DNA of 64,000 nt from an uncultured Candidatus Saccharibacteria bacterium (GCA_964450345.1 CAYVEL010000001.1:16671-80670); one strand, 5' to 3'. Counted from the stretch's first letter, positions 28,877 through 39,202 are shown. Notes: generated by a model from the letters alone, not told the origin. Program-made: numbers and translations.

Positions 28877-31420
28877 ATGAAACTGTTAACCAAAATCAAA
28901 CGTCGTTTTAAGGCACATTGGATAAGAAATGCCATTTTCTTAATCTTGTCCTTATTCGCTATTTTAGGTGGAATAGTCGCTTTATGGGCCACCACAATAG
29001 AAATACCAGACCTATCTTCTTTTAATGACAGACGTGTGGAACAATCAACTAAAATTTTCGATAAAACAGGAAAAGTGCTTTTGTACGATATTCATGCAAA
29101 CGCAAAAAGAACACTAGTAACATCTGAAAACATATCTGATAACGTTAAAAAAGCCACTGTAGCCATAGAAGACGATCAATTCTATTCGCACATAGGATTC
29201 AGACCAACCTCTATTATAAGAGCCTTCCTTAAAAATCTAACTTCTGGTGGCCTAGCTCAAGGAGGATCTACTATTACTCAACAAGTAATTAAAAATACAG
29301 TATTAACAACAGACAAGACTTTTACCAGAAAAATAAAAGAGATTATCCTTGCTCTTAAACTCGAAAAAGCTTTAACAAAAGATCAAATACTAACAACATA
29401 TCTAAACGAAACTCCTTATGGAGGTAACATTTATGGTATCGAGGAGGCTTCTAGACAGTTTTTTGGAAAAACAGCCAAAGAAGTTGATCTAGCTGAAGCT
29501 GCTTATTTAGCAGCTTTACCACAAGCGCCTTCATATTTCTCCCCTTTCGGAAAACATAAAGACAAATTAGATGATAGACAAAAACTTGTTCTATCTAGAA
29601 TGCTTGAAACCAAAGTTATAACTCAAAAAGAATACGACGAGGCTAAAAAAGAAGTTGTAAAATTTGAAACAAAAGCAGAAGGAAATATTCGAGCACCACA
29701 TTTCTCAATGATGGTACGTGATTATCTAATAGATAAATACGGCGAAGATAAGCTAATGAACAGTGGTCTTAAAGTAACCACCACTCTAGATTATGATCTG
29801 CAACAAAAAGCTGAAAAAATAGTTACAGACTACTCGAAATCATTAGAAGAAAACTTTAATGCCAGCAACACAGCAATGATTGCTATAGATCCTAAAAAAG
29901 GAGACATCTTGATGCTTGTTGGTTCTAAGGATTATTTCGATCAATCAATAGACGGTAACGTTAATATTGTTACAGCTCTAAGACAACCAGGTTCAACATT
30001 TAAACCTTTCGTATATGCTACAGCATGGTCAAAAGGATATACACCGGAAACAGTATTATTCGATGTTGAAACAGAATTCTCTTCAGAATGTAAACCTGAT
30101 GGAACACCTAAAAAAGAAGGCGACGACCCTACTAAAATATGTTACTCCCCTGTTAACTACGACGACATATTCGAGGGACCGATGCAAATGCGTAAAGCTC
30201 TAGCACAATCCAGAAACATACCTGCTGTTAAAACTCTTTATTTAGCAGGAACATATGATTCTATTAAATTAGCTAGAAAAATGGGAATCGATTCCCTAGG
30301 AGATCCTAATAGATACGGTCTAACATTAGTTCTAGGAGGAGGAGAAGTCTCTCTACTTCAATTAACAAATGCTTACGGAACATTCGCTAATGAAGGAGAT
30401 TATATTCCTTCTAGATACATATTAAAGGTTGAGGATTCTAATGGAAATATATTAGAAGAAGCGAAAGATGCTAAGCCAGAAAAAGTTCTTGATACTAATA
30501 TTGCCAGAGAAATATCAGATGCTTTATCAGATAAGAAAATAAGACTTGATTCTCTAAATAATTTATTAGGAAACGTATCCCAGCCACTCGCTGTTAAAAC
30601 AGGTACCACAAATGACTATAAAGATGTTTGGATTGTAGGATATTCTCCAAATATAGTTGTGGGAGCTTGGGCTGGTAAAAACGATAATACTCCTATGCAG
30701 AGAAAAGTAGCTGGAGTTATTATCTCCCCTGTTTGGTCCGCCTTCATGCACGAAGCTTTAAAAGACAAACCTGTAGTTAGCTTTAAATCTCCAGAAAAAA
30801 ATCCCGATGATCTAAAAGCAGTGCTAAGAGGTGTTTGGCAGGGTGGAATATCTTACTTTATAGATAAAATTTCTAAAAAAGTAGCCACTGAATATACTCC
30901 TGATTTAGCAAAACAAGAAGTTGTGTTTAACGGAATACACTCAATCCTATATTGGGTAGATAAAGATAATCCTAGAGGTGATATTCCTAAAGACCCATCT
31001 AAAGATTCACAGTTTGAAAACTGGGAATACGGTGTGAGAAATTGGGCTAAACAGTATATGGAAGAAAATCCTAGTTTTAAAGAAGCAAAATCAATATCTG
31101 TTCCTGAAGAAAAAGACGATGTTCATACAGCTGAAAATACACCTTCTGTTAAATTAGTAATAAAAGACAAAAAAGAATCTTACATTGCAAAAGATTCTCT
31201 GGAACTATCTATAGATGGTAAATTCCCAAATAAAATAGAAAAAGTTGAGTTTTATTTAAACAATGTATTACTTGGAAAAATATACAATGAGAAGGATACG
31301 TTAAAGATTAACCTATCTGACATACTGTCTACCCAAGAAAATAGTGAGCTAGGTGTAAGAATATATGATTCATTACTAAATACAGCTCAAGATTCAGTAG
31401 AAATTAAGATTAGCGACTAA
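28877..31420 (+). CDS. class A penicillin-binding protein (glycosyltransferase GT51 + transpeptidase)
   Basis: N-terminal TM; EDDQFYSHIGF and GGSTITQQ (GT51); STFKPF, SRN, KTGTT (transpeptidase). Confidence 0.9.
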   Translation: MKLLTKIKRRFKAHWIRNAIFLILSLFAILGGIVALWATTIEIPDLSSFNDRRVEQSTKIFDKTGKVLLYDIHANAKRTLVTSENISDNVKKATVAIEDDQFYSHIGFRPTSIIRAFLKNLTSGGLAQGGSTITQQVIKNTVLTTDKTFTRKIKEIILALKLEKALTKDQILTTYLNETPYGGNIYGIEEASRQFFGKTAKEVDLAEAAYLAALPQAPSYFSPFGKHKDKLDDRQKLVLSRMLETKVITQKEYDEAKKEVVKFETKAEGNIRAPHFSMMVRDYLIDKYGEDKLMNSGLKVTTTLDYDLQQKAEKIVTDYSKSLEENFNASNTAMIAIDPKKGDILMLVGSKDYFDQSIDGNVNIVTALRQPGSTFKPFVYATAWSKGYTPETVLFDVETEFSSECKPDGTPKKEGDDPTKICYSPVNYDDIFEGPMQMRKALAQSRNIPAVKTLYLAGTYDSIKLARKMGIDSLGDPNRYGLTLVLGGGEVSLLQLTNAYGTFANEGDYIPSRYILKVEDSNGNILEEAKDAKPEKVLDTNIAREISDALSDKKIRLDSLNNLLGNVSQPLAVKTGTTNDYKDVWIVGYSPNIVVGAWAGKNDNTPMQRKVAGVIISPVWSAFMHEALKDKPVVSFKSPEKNPDDLKAVLRGVWQGGISYFIDKISKKVATEYTPDLAKQEVVFNGIHSILYWVDKDNPRGDIPKDPSKDSQFENWEYGVRNWAKQYMEENPSFKEAKSISVPEEKDDVHTAENTPSVKLVIKDKKESYIAKDSLELSIDGKFPNKIEKVEFYLNNVLLGKIYNEKDTLKINLSDILSTQENSELGVRIYDSLLNTAQDSVEIKISD

Positions 31421-31670
31421 GTTTTATATCTATAATATCGAATCCTCCTTCTTTAATAGCCTCCATAATCTTATCTTTCTTTAAAATAACAGTATTTTTT
31501 TCAGCGCTTCTAATATTTAGGAGTGCTGTTTTTTGTTTTATGTTTATTTTGTCTGAATCTATATTTATCTTACAGATTTTTCTGAGAATAGCAGATAAAC
31601 CTATTCTGTTTATGTCAGCATCGTCTGTTATCTTCCTATACTTCTTTAGAAACCCCTCTATTTTCTGCAT
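31410..31670 (-). CDS. small protein downstream of dnaN, DUF721/DciA-like (tentative)
   Basis: 86 aa; LLNIRSAEKNTVILKKDKIMEAI...IIDIKL resembles DUF721 core; position after dnaN; start overlaps dnaN stop. Confidence 0.3.
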   Translation of the reverse strand: MQKIEGFLKKYRKITDDADINRIGLSAILRKICKINIDSDKINIKQKTALLNIRSAEKNTVILKKDKIMEAIKEGGFDIIDIKLSR

Positions 31671-32770
31671 TAGCGATTCATAGGCATTACCAAATAGAGA
31701 AAGCTAGTATCTCCATTACTTCTTAGGATAACAGGCCTCTGAGGTCCATTAAACGATAAATAGACACTGTCCGCATAAATAGATTGAAAAACATCTGATA
31801 AATATTTTTGATTGAAGTTCGCTGAGTAGTCCTCTCCTTCTACACTGGCACTTATTACGGTTTTATTCTCACCAACATCACTATTTTTTGTTGTCAGAGT
31901 AATTGTTTTATTTTTTACTGAAATAGATATGTTTGCTTGATTAAACTTATCTGTAAATAAAGTAGATACTTTTAAAGCATTTATCAAATCATGCTTTAGA
32001 GCCACAACTTCAGAAGATGTAGACTTCGGAATAATCTGTTTATAATCCGGGAATGAGCCGTTAATCAATCTTGAGACTAGATAAACACCTTCTTTTTCAA
32101 AGGTTATTTGGTTTTTATCAAAAGAAATATTAATATCCTGGTTTCCATTATCAAAAACCTTTATTATTTCGGGAACATTTTTAAAAGGTATTAACAAAGA
32201 AAGCTCTCCTTCTATGTCCACTGCCTTAAATCTCTTTTCTGATAATCTAAATGAATCTGTAGCAACAAACACTATATCGTTCTGGTCTTTATATATATAA
32301 ACACTAGAAAGTTCTGGTTTTATAGATGAAACAGAAGCTGAAAACCATACTGACTTAAAGCCAAGTGTTAATTCTTTAGAATTTATCTTAAAAGATGATC
32401 CTTCTGTAATTCTAGGGATAGCTGGGTAATCGTCTTTAGGATATGTCTTAATAACTGCATTGTTCTTATTTCCTTCTATTTTTAAATTACCATTATCTTC
32501 TTCTAGAATAATTGTTTTGTCGGCTGCTATACCTGATATATATGAATTAAAGATAGCTGAAGGAACTACCACCTCACCTTCTTTAATAACTTTTACTGGA
32601 ATATCGAGTTCTATTCCTATGTCTAGGTTTGTAGATTTAATCTTCAAAGAGTTTCCTGTCGCACTCAAATGTAAACCAGAGAGTATCGGTAGATTTAGAT
32701 TCTTACCGGTCATACGTTCACTTAGGCTAATCGCCTCTTGAAGTTTTTCTCTAACGCATTCGATTTTCAT
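31670..32770 (-). CDS. dnaN: DNA polymerase III beta sliding clamp
   Basis: 366 aa, MKIECVREKLQEAISLSERMTGKNLNLPILSGLHL N-terminus, three-domain length, downstream of dnaA. Confidence 0.9.
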   Translation of the reverse strand: MKIECVREKLQEAISLSERMTGKNLNLPILSGLHLSATGNSLKIKSTNLDIGIELDIPVKVIKEGEVVVPSAIFNSYISGIAADKTIILEEDNGNLKIEGNKNNAVIKTYPKDDYPAIPRITEGSSFKINSKELTLGFKSVWFSASVSSIKPELSSVYIYKDQNDIVFVATDSFRLSEKRFKAVDIEGELSLLIPFKNVPEIIKVFDNGNQDINISFDKNQITFEKEGVYLVSRLINGSFPDYKQIIPKSTSSEVVALKHDLINALKVSTLFTDKFNQANISISVKNKTITLTTKNSDVGENKTVISASVEGEDYSANFNQKYLSDVFQSIYADSVYLSFNGPQRPVILRSNGDTSFLYLVMPMNR

Positions 32771-33007
32771 ATTCTTTATATATAAGAGAATTATTTTTAA
32801 TTAATAGAAGTGTGGATATGTGGAGAACTTTTTATATCTTTATTTATTAAGGGTTTTTTCTTTATAAGTTTTTAACATTTTGTTGATAACTACTTTATAA
32901 AATTTGATAACTTTTGCTTTTTTGTTTTTATACACTTTTTATTAGTAGTTTTTCAGTAGGTTTTCCCATACTTTTCCACAAGGATTCTAACAGGTTACCA
33001 ACAGGTT
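32771..33007. promoter_or_regulatory. dnaA-dnaN intergenic AT-rich region with DnaA boxes (candidate oriC/DUE)
   Basis: TGTGGATAT at ~32811 and TTTTCCACA at ~32975 (1-mismatch DnaA boxes), long A/T tracts. Confidence 0.55.
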
Positions 33008-34363
33008 TTAAACATTCATCATCGCTCTAAGCTGGCCGATCTCCTTACTTAACTCCGTATCTGTTTTAATATCGTTTTTAATTTTCTCACAAGAATGGAT
33101 GACTGTAGTATGGTCTCTTCCACCAAGCTTCTCTCCTATTGAAGGGAATGAAACATTAAAATCTTCTCTTAGAATATACATAACTACTTGGCGAGGTTTA
33201 ACCACTTCTTTCTTTCTGGTTTTATCGTAAATACTTTCTTCTTCTATATTATAAAACTGAGCAACGGTCTTAACAATCTCTTTAATAGCAACGTTTTTCC
33301 TAGGTCTAGCTGTGTCTCTTACGATGTTTTTAATATCAATAATACTCAAAGGGCGACCCTTAATCTGTGTTTGTATGACAATACTATTTAAAACACCTTC
33401 AAGCTCTCTTATATTCCCTGTAACTGTTTCAGAAAGGTAATCAATAACATCTTGGTTTAATATTAGATTGTAAGTTTTTGCCTTTGATTGAAGGATGGCT
33501 GATCTAGACTGAGCGTCTGGTGAAGGAATATCAATAATCATTCCAGCTCCGAATCTAGACTTTAGACGGTCTTCCAGATTCTGAATATAGTTAGGATGTT
33601 TATCTGAAGAAAAGATAATCTGCTTAAAATTGTCGTATAAATGATTAAACAAATGGAAAAGCTCTTCCTGGAATTTATCCTTTCCAGAGAAAAATTGAAT
33701 ATCATCTACAATTAAAAGATCATATTTTCTATACTTTTCTTTAAACTGGGCCATTCTACTGTTTTGAATAGCATCCCAACACTCAGTTCCGAATTTTTCA
33801 GAGGTTAAATAGAATACTTTCTTATTTGGAAAATGTTTTTTAACATGATTACCTATAGCTTGGGTTAAATGGGTCTTCCCTATTCCGGTATTACCGTAAA
33901 TAAATAGAGGGTTATAAACTTTTCCTGGATTTTTAATAACAGCTTGAGCTGCTGCGTGGGCAATTTCATTAAAAGGACCAATAACAAAGTTTTCAAATGT
34001 ATATCTAGGGTTTAGATTGTCTTCTTTATTAACATAAAGCTCGTTTAGAGGTAGTTCATTATACATATGAGCCTTTATCGCTGCAGCAGATGTTTCGCAC
34101 TTCTTGGGGTCTTTTTGCTCGTTGATGACATATTCTAGACCACGAACAGCATCATTGTGATTTCTTAGTATTCTTAAGATTGAATTATGAAACTTCTTCC
34201 AAAGCCACTCTTTTATGAATGTGCTTGGAACATTCAGATAAACTATACCGTCTTCTACTCTGTGGATGTTGGTGTCTTTAAACCACATCAAATAATCACT
34301 CTTAGAAAGGGTTAGTTCTATTTCTGTGCGAACATTTTCCCATAGTTTATTGTGGTCGTGCAT
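33008..34363 (-). CDS. dnaA: chromosomal replication initiator DnaA
   Basis: Walker A IYGNTGIGKTHL, box VII, C-terminal DnaA signature GGRDHTTVIHS; start set at MHDHNKLWENV (ORF-track 501-aa version runs into rpmH and DnaA-box cluster). Confidence 0.9.
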   Translation of the reverse strand: MHDHNKLWENVRTEIELTLSKSDYLMWFKDTNIHRVEDGIVYLNVPSTFIKEWLWKKFHNSILRILRNHNDAVRGLEYVINEQKDPKKCETSAAAIKAHMYNELPLNELYVNKEDNLNPRYTFENFVIGPFNEIAHAAAQAVIKNPGKVYNPLFIYGNTGIGKTHLTQAIGNHVKKHFPNKKVFYLTSEKFGTECWDAIQNSRMAQFKEKYRKYDLLIVDDIQFFSGKDKFQEELFHLFNHLYDNFKQIIFSSDKHPNYIQNLEDRLKSRFGAGMIIDIPSPDAQSRSAILQSKAKTYNLILNQDVIDYLSETVTGNIRELEGVLNSIVIQTQIKGRPLSIIDIKNIVRDTARPRKNVAIKEIVKTVAQFYNIEEESIYDKTRKKEVVKPRQVVMYILREDFNVSFPSIGEKLGGRDHTTVIHSCEKIKNDIKTDTELSKEIGQLRAMMNV

Positions 34364-34511
34364 TTGTTTTGTAAGTTGGAAATAATTATATACCTGTGGA
34401 TAGAATTTAGAACTTGTGGAATACTTAAAAATATGTTGAGAAGCTGTTAATAACCTGTGGACACAAGAAAATTTGATTTTTTGCAAATAATGTTCTAAAC
34501 TCTTATTCATC
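34364..34511. promoter_or_regulatory. dnaA upstream region with three DnaA-box-like TGTGGA elements
   Basis: TGTGGATAG, TGTGGAATA, TGTGGACAC within ~90 bp. Confidence 0.55.
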
Positions 34512-34658
34512 ATGTCGTTTACTTATAGTCCAAACAAAAAGAAGAGAGCACAGGCACACGGTTTTCTAATGAGAACAAGAACAAGCAAGGGTAGAAAGGT
34601 TCTCGCAAGAAGACGTGCTAAGGGAAGAAAGTCCCTTACTGTTTCTGCTGGTAGATAA
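34512..34658 (+). CDS. rpmH: 50S ribosomal protein L34 (not in ORF track, <60 aa)
   Basis: translation [48 protein letters not shown]; TAATG overlap with rnpA. Confidence 0.85.
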   Translation: MSFTYSPNKKKRAQAHGFLMRTRTSKGRKVLARRRAKGRKSLTVSAGR

Positions 34659-35011
34659 TGTTAAAATCCTCAAAAAGGCTTAGTAGAGCGTCTTTTGAGA
34701 AGGTTTTTACCGGAGGAAAGATAGTTAGAACTAAAAATTTTAATTTTCGAATTCTAAAAGACCCTACCCTACAGGGTCTTTTCGCGGTATCTGTCTCTAA
34801 GAAAGACTTTAAGACAGCTGTGTCCAGAAATAAAAACAAAAGAAGAGTTTACTCTATTATTAGAGAAATTAATAAAGAAAACAGAGAATGTTCTGTAATG
34901 AGTAAAAACAACACTACACAATCAATATCAGCAATAGTCTTTGTAAAAAAGACTGCGGAGTTAGAAAAATACTCCTTATTAAAGACTGAAATAGCTGATA
35001 TACTTAAATAA
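34658..35011 (+). CDS. rnpA: ribonuclease P protein component
   Basis: basic 117-aa protein LKSSKRLSRASFEKVFTGGKIV...AVSRNKNKRRV; rpmH-rnpA-yidC synteny. Confidence 0.8.
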   Translation: MLKSSKRLSRASFEKVFTGGKIVRTKNFNFRILKDPTLQGLFAVSVSKKDFKTAVSRNKNKRRVYSIIREINKENRECSVMSKNNTTQSISAIVFVKKTAELEKYSLLKTEIADILK

Positions 35012-35016
35012 CTAAC

Positions 35017-35751
35017 ATGTACACAACATATATATATAAACCACTATACAATGGCTTTATTTACTTAATGGACGCTTTTCCTTGGATGGATGCCGGTATT
35101 GCTATTATAGTATTTACTTTAATTATTAAGTTTGTTCTATTCCCTCTTTCTAAGAAAGCTATCGTTACGCAGTTAATGTTAAAGAAGGTGGAACCTGAAA
35201 TTAAGGCAATTAAAGATAAGAATAAGGGTAATAACCAGGCTGTGGCCGTTGAAACAATGGCTCTTTATAAGAAATATGGAATAAATCCACTGGCGAATTT
35301 CTTTTTGTTACTTATTCAGCTACCTATTTTGTTTGCTTTATACTCTGTGTTTATGAAGGCTGGTTTACCTGATATAAAAATTGATTTTCTATATAGTTTC
35401 GTAAGTGTTCCTACTGTTAATATGAATTTTCTAGGATTTCTAGACATAGGAAAACCAAATGTCATTGCTGCTATCATTGCTTCTGTATGTCAGTATATTC
35501 AGATAAATATTTCATTACCTAAGATTGATAAGAAGAATTATGATCCTAGTGATATGTCACAGGCTATAGCAAAAGGAATGAATACCAATATGAAGTACTT
35601 CTTCCCTGTTATTATTCTTCTGATATCTATTAAACTTGCATCAGCTATCGCTTTATATTGGATTGTAAGTAGCTTGTTTATGATTGGTCAGGAGCTTTTG
35701 GTTAAGAGAAGACTAGAAAAGCAGTTAGCAGAGAATGGAAATTTAAAATAA
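35017..35751 (+). CDS. yidC: membrane protein insertase YidC/Oxa1 (short, monoderm type)
   Basis: polytopic; position after rnpA; 244 aa. Confidence 0.8.
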   Translation: MYTTYIYKPLYNGFIYLMDAFPWMDAGIAIIVFTLIIKFVLFPLSKKAIVTQLMLKKVEPEIKAIKDKNKGNNQAVAVETMALYKKYGINPLANFFLLLIQLPILFALYSVFMKAGLPDIKIDFLYSFVSVPTVNMNFLGFLDIGKPNVIAAIIASVCQYIQINISLPKIDKKNYDPSDMSQAIAKGMNTNMKYFFPVIILLISIKLASAIALYWIVSSLFMIGQELLVKRRLEKQLAENGNLK

Positions 35752-35771
35752 TTAAATAAGACTTAAAATAA

Positions 35772-35806
35772 TAAAACCCCACAAATTTGTGGGGTTTTAT
35801 TATTTT
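35772..35806. terminator. hairpin AAAACCCCACAAATTTGTGGGGTTTT (bidirectional)
   Basis: seen in sequence. Confidence 0.7.
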
Positions 35807-35814
35807 AGTTAAAT

Positions 35815-37062
35815 CTATTTAATTTCCAATGACCAGAGAGATAGGTCGTTTTTGTTTTGGAAAATAAGATACTGTTCTTTAGGGTCTGTGAATATATTGA
35901 TTACGTCTATTGTTACTCCAGCTAAAGCGGTTGGATTTCCTAGTTCTTTTACTGAATCGTCTTTGGTGTCATAGCTCCATAGTCTATCATCTAATGAAAT
36001 TAAACCCTTGAACCATTCTTCTGGATATATACCCGATTTAAATTCTACAGGTATACCACAATATAGAACATTCTGATCTCTACTTCCCCAAGTACATTTT
36101 TCTGCCATTGTTCTAATAGGGGTATCTGTTATTTTTGATGTCTTTACATCATAGATTTTTACTTCGTATGTGCCATTGTTTATTGAAGAGAATGCGATCT
36201 TTGTATAATTTTTGTTTGGAAGTGTTTCAAGAGAGACTCCTTTTTGTATTAACTTTAAACCAGAGTTTGAACCTATTGTGTATAAATAAGATGATCCTGA
36301 TCCATAAGCACTAGCTTTTGTTGTTAGGATTAGAGTATTTTTTTCTGGCCAAGTTATATTCCAATATTTGTAAGGGTCTTTTAGTAAGGTCTCTGTTTTG
36401 TTTGTTTTTATATTCTTTTTATATACAGTTATTCCTTCGTCAGATACTATACTGTAAACAAATGATGGATCTTTAAGGTCTGGAGATGCTATAACAGTGT
36501 CAGAGTTATTCTCTATATTAATCATTTTAGACAAAAATGGAGATTCGTCGCTAGTAGATGAAGAAGTGTTTTTTGTTAAAGATATAACCCTATCAGCTAT
36601 AGTATTTTTATTTTCTAGATATTTTATAAAATAAGTCATTCCGTCTGGTGACCAGATAGCCTCGTATAAATCTGGTATTGTTTTGTTTAATATTTTAACA
36701 ACAGAAGCACCGTCTGTTTTTGTTTCGTAAACATGTCCTCTTCCCCTTTCCACATATCTGATTATTGTTGAACTCGCTGATGTTGTGGCGATTGTTCCTG
36801 CTACGGGATCAGCAGATATTAATCTTAGTCTTGGTAAATTTGCCTGGATAGGGTCATCTATTGGTATTGTGCTTGTTGATACGGGTCTTTTTCCTCCATT
36901 AACAGAACTTATAGGAAATGGAGAGAAGCCATTTTTTTTACCACCGTTATTTTCTTCGGTTGTTGGAAGTGTTTTTATGAACGAGAAGTATATAACTATT
37001 GCAATTGTTATTATTGCAAGTATTGCTCCTAGTATTAGTATGTTTTTGGCTTTTTTATCCAT
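35815..37062 (-). CDS. membrane-anchored beta-propeller (TolB/WD40-like) protein; last gene of T4SS-like operon
   Basis: N-terminal TM, repeated beta-strand-rich blocks (YSIVSDEGITVY, WSPDGMTYF, LYCGIPV) suggestive of propeller; 27-nt gap to upstream gene. Confidence 0.4.
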   Translation of the reverse strand: MDKKAKNILILGAILAIITIAIVIYFSFIKTLPTTEENNGGKKNGFSPFPISSVNGGKRPVSTSTIPIDDPIQANLPRLRLISADPVAGTIATTSASSTIIRYVERGRGHVYETKTDGASVVKILNKTIPDLYEAIWSPDGMTYFIKYLENKNTIADRVISLTKNTSSSTSDESPFLSKMINIENNSDTVIASPDLKDPSFVYSIVSDEGITVYKKNIKTNKTETLLKDPYKYWNITWPEKNTLILTTKASAYGSGSSYLYTIGSNSGLKLIQKGVSLETLPNKNYTKIAFSSINNGTYEVKIYDVKTSKITDTPIRTMAEKCTWGSRDQNVLYCGIPVEFKSGIYPEEWFKGLISLDDRLWSYDTKDDSVKELGNPTALAGVTIDVINIFTDPKEQYLIFQNKNDLSLWSLEIK

Positions 37063-37089
37063 TTTGATTTTAAAACTTTTCTTTAAAGA

Positions 37090-38115
37090 TTATTTTGTTG
37101 TCGATGCGGTATTAGTTTTTGTTGTCAGTATGTCTCGCATTCTTTTTGCGTCACTCGCAATCTTTTCTTCTATCGCCTTTTGAGTGAAAGCAACAATCTC
37201 ATCTTCAGCGTCTTTGATCGCTTTTATTTGTGCTGCGTCTAAGGCTTGAGATTGTGTGGCGTTTTCCATTTTTGCTTTTACCATATCGCTAAATCCGTTG
37301 TTCTTACTATTAAATGTTTCTAGTACTTGGGAAGCTAATTTTCCCTGATTTGAAGCATATGTTAGTTCAAGATTTGTAGAATTAATTGTTTGTAGAGCGA
37401 AGGTTTTTTGTGCGTCTAGTTGAGCATTGTAAGCATTTTGAAACAATTGAGAATTCAATTCAGTTAGTTGTTTTTCTATTTCTGTTGCTTTAGAGTAGTC
37501 GCCACTTTTTATTGCCGCTTCCTTCTCTGCTGCTAGACTGCTGTACTCTGTTTTTAGGGCATTGAAATCTTTATTGTAAGACTGAATATTTGAAATTAGC
37601 TGTGCTTGTGATGTAGAGAAATTACCTTCGTAATCATAGGCTTTTAGATATTGTGGCATTGCTAATGTGTCGAAATTCGCTTTGAAATTAACATACCTTG
37701 GGTCTATGTAGTAAAGAACTATGTAAGAACATAGAACCATTAATAGTCCGTATATAGCGTTCTGTACGTAGGCTCTTCCCTCAGATGTTCCACTGAATGA
37801 GTCTGTTGTGGCTAGTTTAAAACCTCCCCAAGATATCATGATTACTGCTAGAGCGATTCCAATTCCAATTCCTAATCTGTAAATCTGTACTAAGTAAGCC
37901 CCGAACTGGTCCTGTTTATATGAGGTCACATTTGTTCCGTCAGTACATGATCCATTGGTTACCTCCCCTGAATTTCCTGCACATGGTAGTGGTTCTAGAA
38001 GTTTATATTCTATTCTAGAGTCTGTTGTCTCTGCTTTAACATCACTACTGATGAAAGCTACAGACATTAAAATCATAAAGCTTAGAATTATGATTGTATA
38101 TATATTTCTATTCAT
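37090..38115 (-). CDS. VirB2/TrbC-like pilin-domain protein fused to long coiled-coil
   Basis: signal peptide, then two closely spaced hydrophobic helices (LGIGIGIALAVIMISWGGF / AIYGLLMVLCSYIVLYYI) as in TrbC/VirB2, then ~200-aa Q/A/K-rich coiled-coil. Confidence 0.4.
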   Translation of the reverse strand: MNRNIYTIIILSFMILMSVAFISSDVKAETTDSRIEYKLLEPLPCAGNSGEVTNGSCTDGTNVTSYKQDQFGAYLVQIYRLGIGIGIALAVIMISWGGFKLATTDSFSGTSEGRAYVQNAIYGLLMVLCSYIVLYYIDPRYVNFKANFDTLAMPQYLKAYDYEGNFSTSQAQLISNIQSYNKDFNALKTEYSSLAAEKEAAIKSGDYSKATEIEKQLTELNSQLFQNAYNAQLDAQKTFALQTINSTNLELTYASNQGKLASQVLETFNSKNNGFSDMVKAKMENATQSQALDAAQIKAIKDAEDEIVAFTQKAIEEKIASDAKRMRDILTTKTNTASTTK

Positions 38116-38116
38116 T

Positions 38117-39133
38117 CTATTGGTTTAGATTAATCCCTACTCCAGCATGTGCTTCTTGTAATAGATGGCCAGAGTTATTAATAGTTACAGATACTTGAGT
38201 CTGTCCTGTGTCGCTGGTTTTTGGTTTTAGAACAATTATTTTTTTTGTTTTTAATTCTGGATATTCTGTATAACCTATATTCCAATTGTATGATAGAAGA
38301 TTATTTAGAAAATCATTTTTATTAAAATAGAAAGGCTCTGCTTCTACTGCTACCTCATTAGCCTTTATTGATAATAAATTCGGTATTGCTTTGTTCCACA
38401 TTGTTCCGAAAATTGGATTCTTTTCATATAAGATAACTTGTGATTCCATTGGTTCAAATACAAGAGATTCTGTTCCTGTCATACCATGGTCTGGAGAAGT
38501 TACTTCTACTGAGACCTCCATATCTCTTCCTAGAAAATTTCCTGGTACTGATACCGAGGACTTCCCTCTTCCTGATTGATCTTGCAAGACCTCAGAGTTC
38601 TTCTTCCATTTAAAGACTAGGTCTTTAGAAGGAATAGCCTTTCCTTCAACGATGAAAGATGGGACAGCCACTAATTCAATATTATTTTGCTGAGTATATA
38701 GTGGAATTCCTTTATAAAATGGTGGAACTGTAGAGTTTGATGACCATAGAAGACTAACGTCTGCTGGTGTAATTTTATATACTCTTTCTACGTTCACACC
38801 TGCACTTGTTGTAATTGATATTTTTATTACACTAGTTTTTCCAGCTTGAGGAGCATTAAAAGTAAATTCTCTTAATCCTTTACCGCTCTTAATAAGCGCT
38901 CCGTTATTAAAGATTTTTACATCAGAGCTGTTTATGTCTAAGGGTGTGTAACTTGTAAGCTTAACAGTAACTAATTGCTCTGGTTTAGGAAGTTCTGGAT
39001 CAATATCTACCTGCAATGAGCCAGCTATACCTTGGTTTATATAGTCTGTTTCTGCTTTAGAGATTGAGAAATTTATGAAAAATAAAACAACTAAAGCTAT
39101 ATAAAAAAACGCTTTTTTATAGTTCGTTACCAT
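38117..39133 (-). CDS. secreted/anchored beta-rich protein of T4SS-like operon, unknown function
   Basis: N-terminal hydrophobic leader FFYIALVVLFFINFSISKA; no recognisable motif. Confidence 0.45.
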   Translation of the reverse strand: MVTNYKKAFFYIALVVLFFINFSISKAETDYINQGIAGSLQVDIDPELPKPEQLVTVKLTSYTPLDINSSDVKIFNNGALIKSGKGLREFTFNAPQAGKTSVIKISITTSAGVNVERVYKITPADVSLLWSSNSTVPPFYKGIPLYTQQNNIELVAVPSFIVEGKAIPSKDLVFKWKKNSEVLQDQSGRGKSSVSVPGNFLGRDMEVSVEVTSPDHGMTGTESLVFEPMESQVILYEKNPIFGTMWNKAIPNLLSIKANEVAVEAEPFYFNKNDFLNNLLSYNWNIGYTEYPELKTKKIIVLKPKTSDTGQTQVSVTINNSGHLLQEAHAGVGINLNQ

Positions 39134-39202
39134 TAAGTAATTCTAGCACAAAAATATGGTTATAAGGCCATTAAAATTCATATTTTTGTGGATATTTAAT
39201 GC

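Noticed and set aside
33008-34513. 501-aa version of dnaA from ORF track
   Set aside because: N-terminal 50 codons overlap the rpmH start and a DnaA-box cluster; internal Met at 34363 gives canonical DnaA N-terminus.
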